From: an uncultured Acidimicrobiia bacterium
Lineage (GTDB): Bacteria; Acidobacteriota; Terriglobia; Versatilivoradales; Versatilivoraceae
DNA length: 64,000 nt
Direction: 5' to 3'
Assembly: GCA_963786955.1 (NCBI GenBank)
Contig: CAWBAT010000005.1
Location: 512,001-576,000 of the forward strand
Shown here: positions 62,124 to 64,000 of the stretch, piece after piece
Position numbering within the stretch: the stretch's first letter is position 1
Layout: every line of letters starts with the position of its first letter
Notes under the pieces: model-generated
Database searches by the model: none
What the model was told of the DNA's origin: nothing
What the model saw: the letters and a program-made list of their open reading frames with translations, nothing else
Made by a program: the position numbers and the translations under genes

Positions 62124-63386
62124 ATGTCGAGGTGGATCATGAGCATTGAAGCAAACTACATCCTTGGTGCAATTGCCATTGGTATTGGCTCAACTCTGGT
62201 CATGGACCTTTGGAATCTGTTACTGAAGTGTACGTTCAACATTCCATCGCTCAACTACAGTTTGCTCGGACGCTGGCTTCGCTACATGTCGGGGGACACT
62301 TTTAGGCATGCGAGTATCACCGCTGCGCCACAGAAACCCTTTGAGTGCACGGTTGGCTGGATTGCCCACTACACTATTGGTGTCGTGTTCGCGGTGGCGG
62401 TCTTGACTCGTCCACTTCTTGGAGAACAGGCGGCATGGCGCGATCCCGCGCCGCACAGAGTCCGCTTCGTCACCGTAGAACCCGGTGTCACTCTAGAAAC
62501 TCTCGACTGGGGCGGAAAGGGCCGGCCGGTCGTATTGCTAGCCGGATACAACACGGCACATATTTACGACCACTTCGCCACCAAGCTCTCTCAGGACTGT
62601 CATGTGTACGGAATTACGCGACGGGGCTTTGGGGCATCCAGCGCGCCTGATGACGGCTACGGCGCTCAACGCTCCGCGGATGACGTGTTAACGGTGCTGG
62701 AGCGCCTTCGGATCATTAAGCCGGTACTGGTGGGCCATTCCTTCGGAGGCGGGGACTTGAACCTGATCGGCGCGGAACATCCTGAGCGAATCTCTGGCCT
62801 CGTGTATCTGAATTCGGGAGAGGATGCGACTCTGGGTTCAGGGATCTGGAAGAAAATCGGCGTGGATCCAGCCGAGCTGGAAAACGTCAGGAACAAACTT
62901 CCATCGAGTGTCAGGAACACGGAATCCGAGCCGAAACACGCATCCTTTGCCGAGTATCAGGCGTGGCAGATTCGTGCGCACGGCGCGGCGATGCCGGAAT
63001 CGGAGTTGCGGCAACTCTATTCGGTCACTGCTGATGGATCAGTGGCCAAGTACAACGTGCCAAACCGGATTCGCGATGCGATCTTCCGAGGTTCTGTGAA
63101 ACCCGACTTTGGGCGTATCCGTGTCCCGGCGTTGGCACTGTTCCCGGGGGCACTTCCGTTGGAGCAAGAAGTAGCGAGGTGCAGGCCGCAGAACCAGGAG
63201 GAGCGTGCTGCAGTAGAGAGAATGCTCGCCATCAATCAAGCCATAGCATGGGAACATCAGGAAGAGTTGAGAGGTGTGCCTGGAATTCGTGTGCGCGAAT
63301 TGCAGGCCGCCAACTTTTACATCTGGCTTTCGAATGAATCGGAAGTGCTGCGCGAAGTGCGGTCTTTCCTCAAGGGGGTGCATTGA
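62124..63386 (+). CDS. Gene cassette 2: chimera of a truncated DUF2938 N-terminus and an alpha/beta hydrolase
   Basis: IGIGSTLVMDLW..LGRW..GWIAHY.IG (DUF2938) joined at ~62393 to WRDPAPHRVRFVTV..LDWGG..GHSFGG hydrolase. Confidence 0.8.
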   Translation: MSRWIMSIEANYILGAIAIGIGSTLVMDLWNLLLKCTFNIPSLNYSLLGRWLRYMSGDTFRHASITAAPQKPFECTVGWIAHYTIGVVFAVAVLTRPLLGEQAAWRDPAPHRVRFVTVEPGVTLETLDWGGKGRPVVLLAGYNTAHIYDHFATKLSQDCHVYGITRRGFGASSAPDDGYGAQRSADDVLTVLERLRIIKPVLVGHSFGGGDLNLIGAEHPERISGLVYLNSGEDATLGSGIWKKIGVDPAELENVRNKLPSSVRNTESEPKHASFAEYQAWQIRAHGAAMPESELRQLYSVTADGSVAKYNVPNRIRDAIFRGSVKPDFGRIRVPALALFPGALPLEQEVARCRPQNQEERAAVERMLAINQAIAWEHQEELRGVPGIRVRELQAANFYIWLSNESEVLREVRSFLKGVH

Positions 63387-63421
63387 CCCCTCTCGACCCG
63401 AGACCGAGTTCACAAGCCGCG

Positions 63422-63482
63422 GCCCAACTCGTGCTTGCAGCCGACGCCAAAAAGCAGCGCGGCTGAAGCGGGATTGTTGAGC
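63422..63482 (+). other. attC site 2 (61 bp)
   Basis: R'' GCCCAAC, R' GTTGAGC; inner stem gcttgcagccgacgc..gcgcggctgaagc. Confidence 0.85.
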
Positions 63483-63651
63483 GCCAGAGAAGGCTGTGAG
63501 TGTCGACGTTGTCTACCGCGGTCGTTGAATCGGAGGCCCGGGCCTTACGCAGGCGCTAATTGAACTCCTCGTCTGTGAGCAACGGGTTCATGTTTGCGGC
63601 GGTCGTGAAGCGAAAGAACAAGCCGTAAGAAGGCCGGGCGAGCAAAGGCCA

Positions 63652-64000
63652 ATGAAACAAAACAGAAAGGCAAAGACAGAAATGCAAAGAGCAAAAGACA
63701 TGAAAGCAAAACAACGTGAAGAACTACTCAGAGCATTGAAAGCCCGTTTTGAGAAAAACATGAACCGCCATAAAGGTCTTGAATGGGCTAAAGTACAAGC
63801 AAAGCTGGAAGCGAATACTGAAAAACTGTGGTCACTCAATGAAATGGAGAGAACCGGCGGTGAACCGGATGTTGTTGGTTATGATAAAAAGACGGGCGAA
63901 TACATTTTTTATGATTGTTCAGCGGAAAGTCCTAAAGGCCGCAGAAACGTTTGTTATGACCGTGAAGCGCTGGAGTCAAGGAAAGAATTTAAACCAAAAG
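63652..64000 (+). CDS. DUF4256 domain protein (probable cassette 3), runs off the window end
   Basis: LKARFEKNMNRHKGLEW..LWSLNEMERTGGEPDVV..DCSAESPKGRR..CYDREAL; in-frame ATGs at 63652, 63682 and 63700; absent from the ORF track. Confidence 0.85.
   Translation, partial: MKQNRKAKTEMQRAKDMKAKQREELLRALKARFEKNMNRHKGLEWAKVQAKLEANTEKLWSLNEMERTGGEPDVVGYDKKTGEYIFYDCSAESPKGRRNVCYDREALESRKEFKPK

Noticed and set aside
63588-63839. 83-aa hydrophobic minus-strand ORF
   Set aside because: Antisense shadow of the A-rich DUF4256 gene
1-64000. rRNA, tRNA, prophage or intact transposase genes
   Set aside because: None recognised by eye; a tRNAscan/Rfam run would be needed to exclude small RNAs

Overview
Chromosomal region, probably from an Acidobacteriota-type bacterium (inferred from an Oar-like TonB receptor, TPR proteins, a DUF1549/DUF1553-DUF1501-PPC cluster and many Tat-exported sugar enzymes). 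Most of it is carbohydrate catabolism: three divergent GH38-like enzymes behind a RhaT-like transporter, a TPR/six-hairpin glycosidase/unknown-protein run, and an L-rhamnose cluster (GH78, isomerase, ABC transporter, aldolase-SDR). There is also a Rieske/cytochrome b-c-c complex. The strongest signal missing from the ORF track is an integron at the right end. It has a ~40-codon decayed intI remnant that ends at a palindromic-repeat cluster, a candidate Pc promoter, an attI-like site, two clear attC sites and at least three cassettes: an EEP nuclease, an in-frame DUF2938/hydrolase chimera and DUF4256. Intergenic spaces hold several REP-like palindrome families and two MITE-like elements with target-site duplications, one nested inside another repeat. 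At least four genes carry single-base indels that may be assembly errors. All calls come from manual motif recognition; no searches were run.
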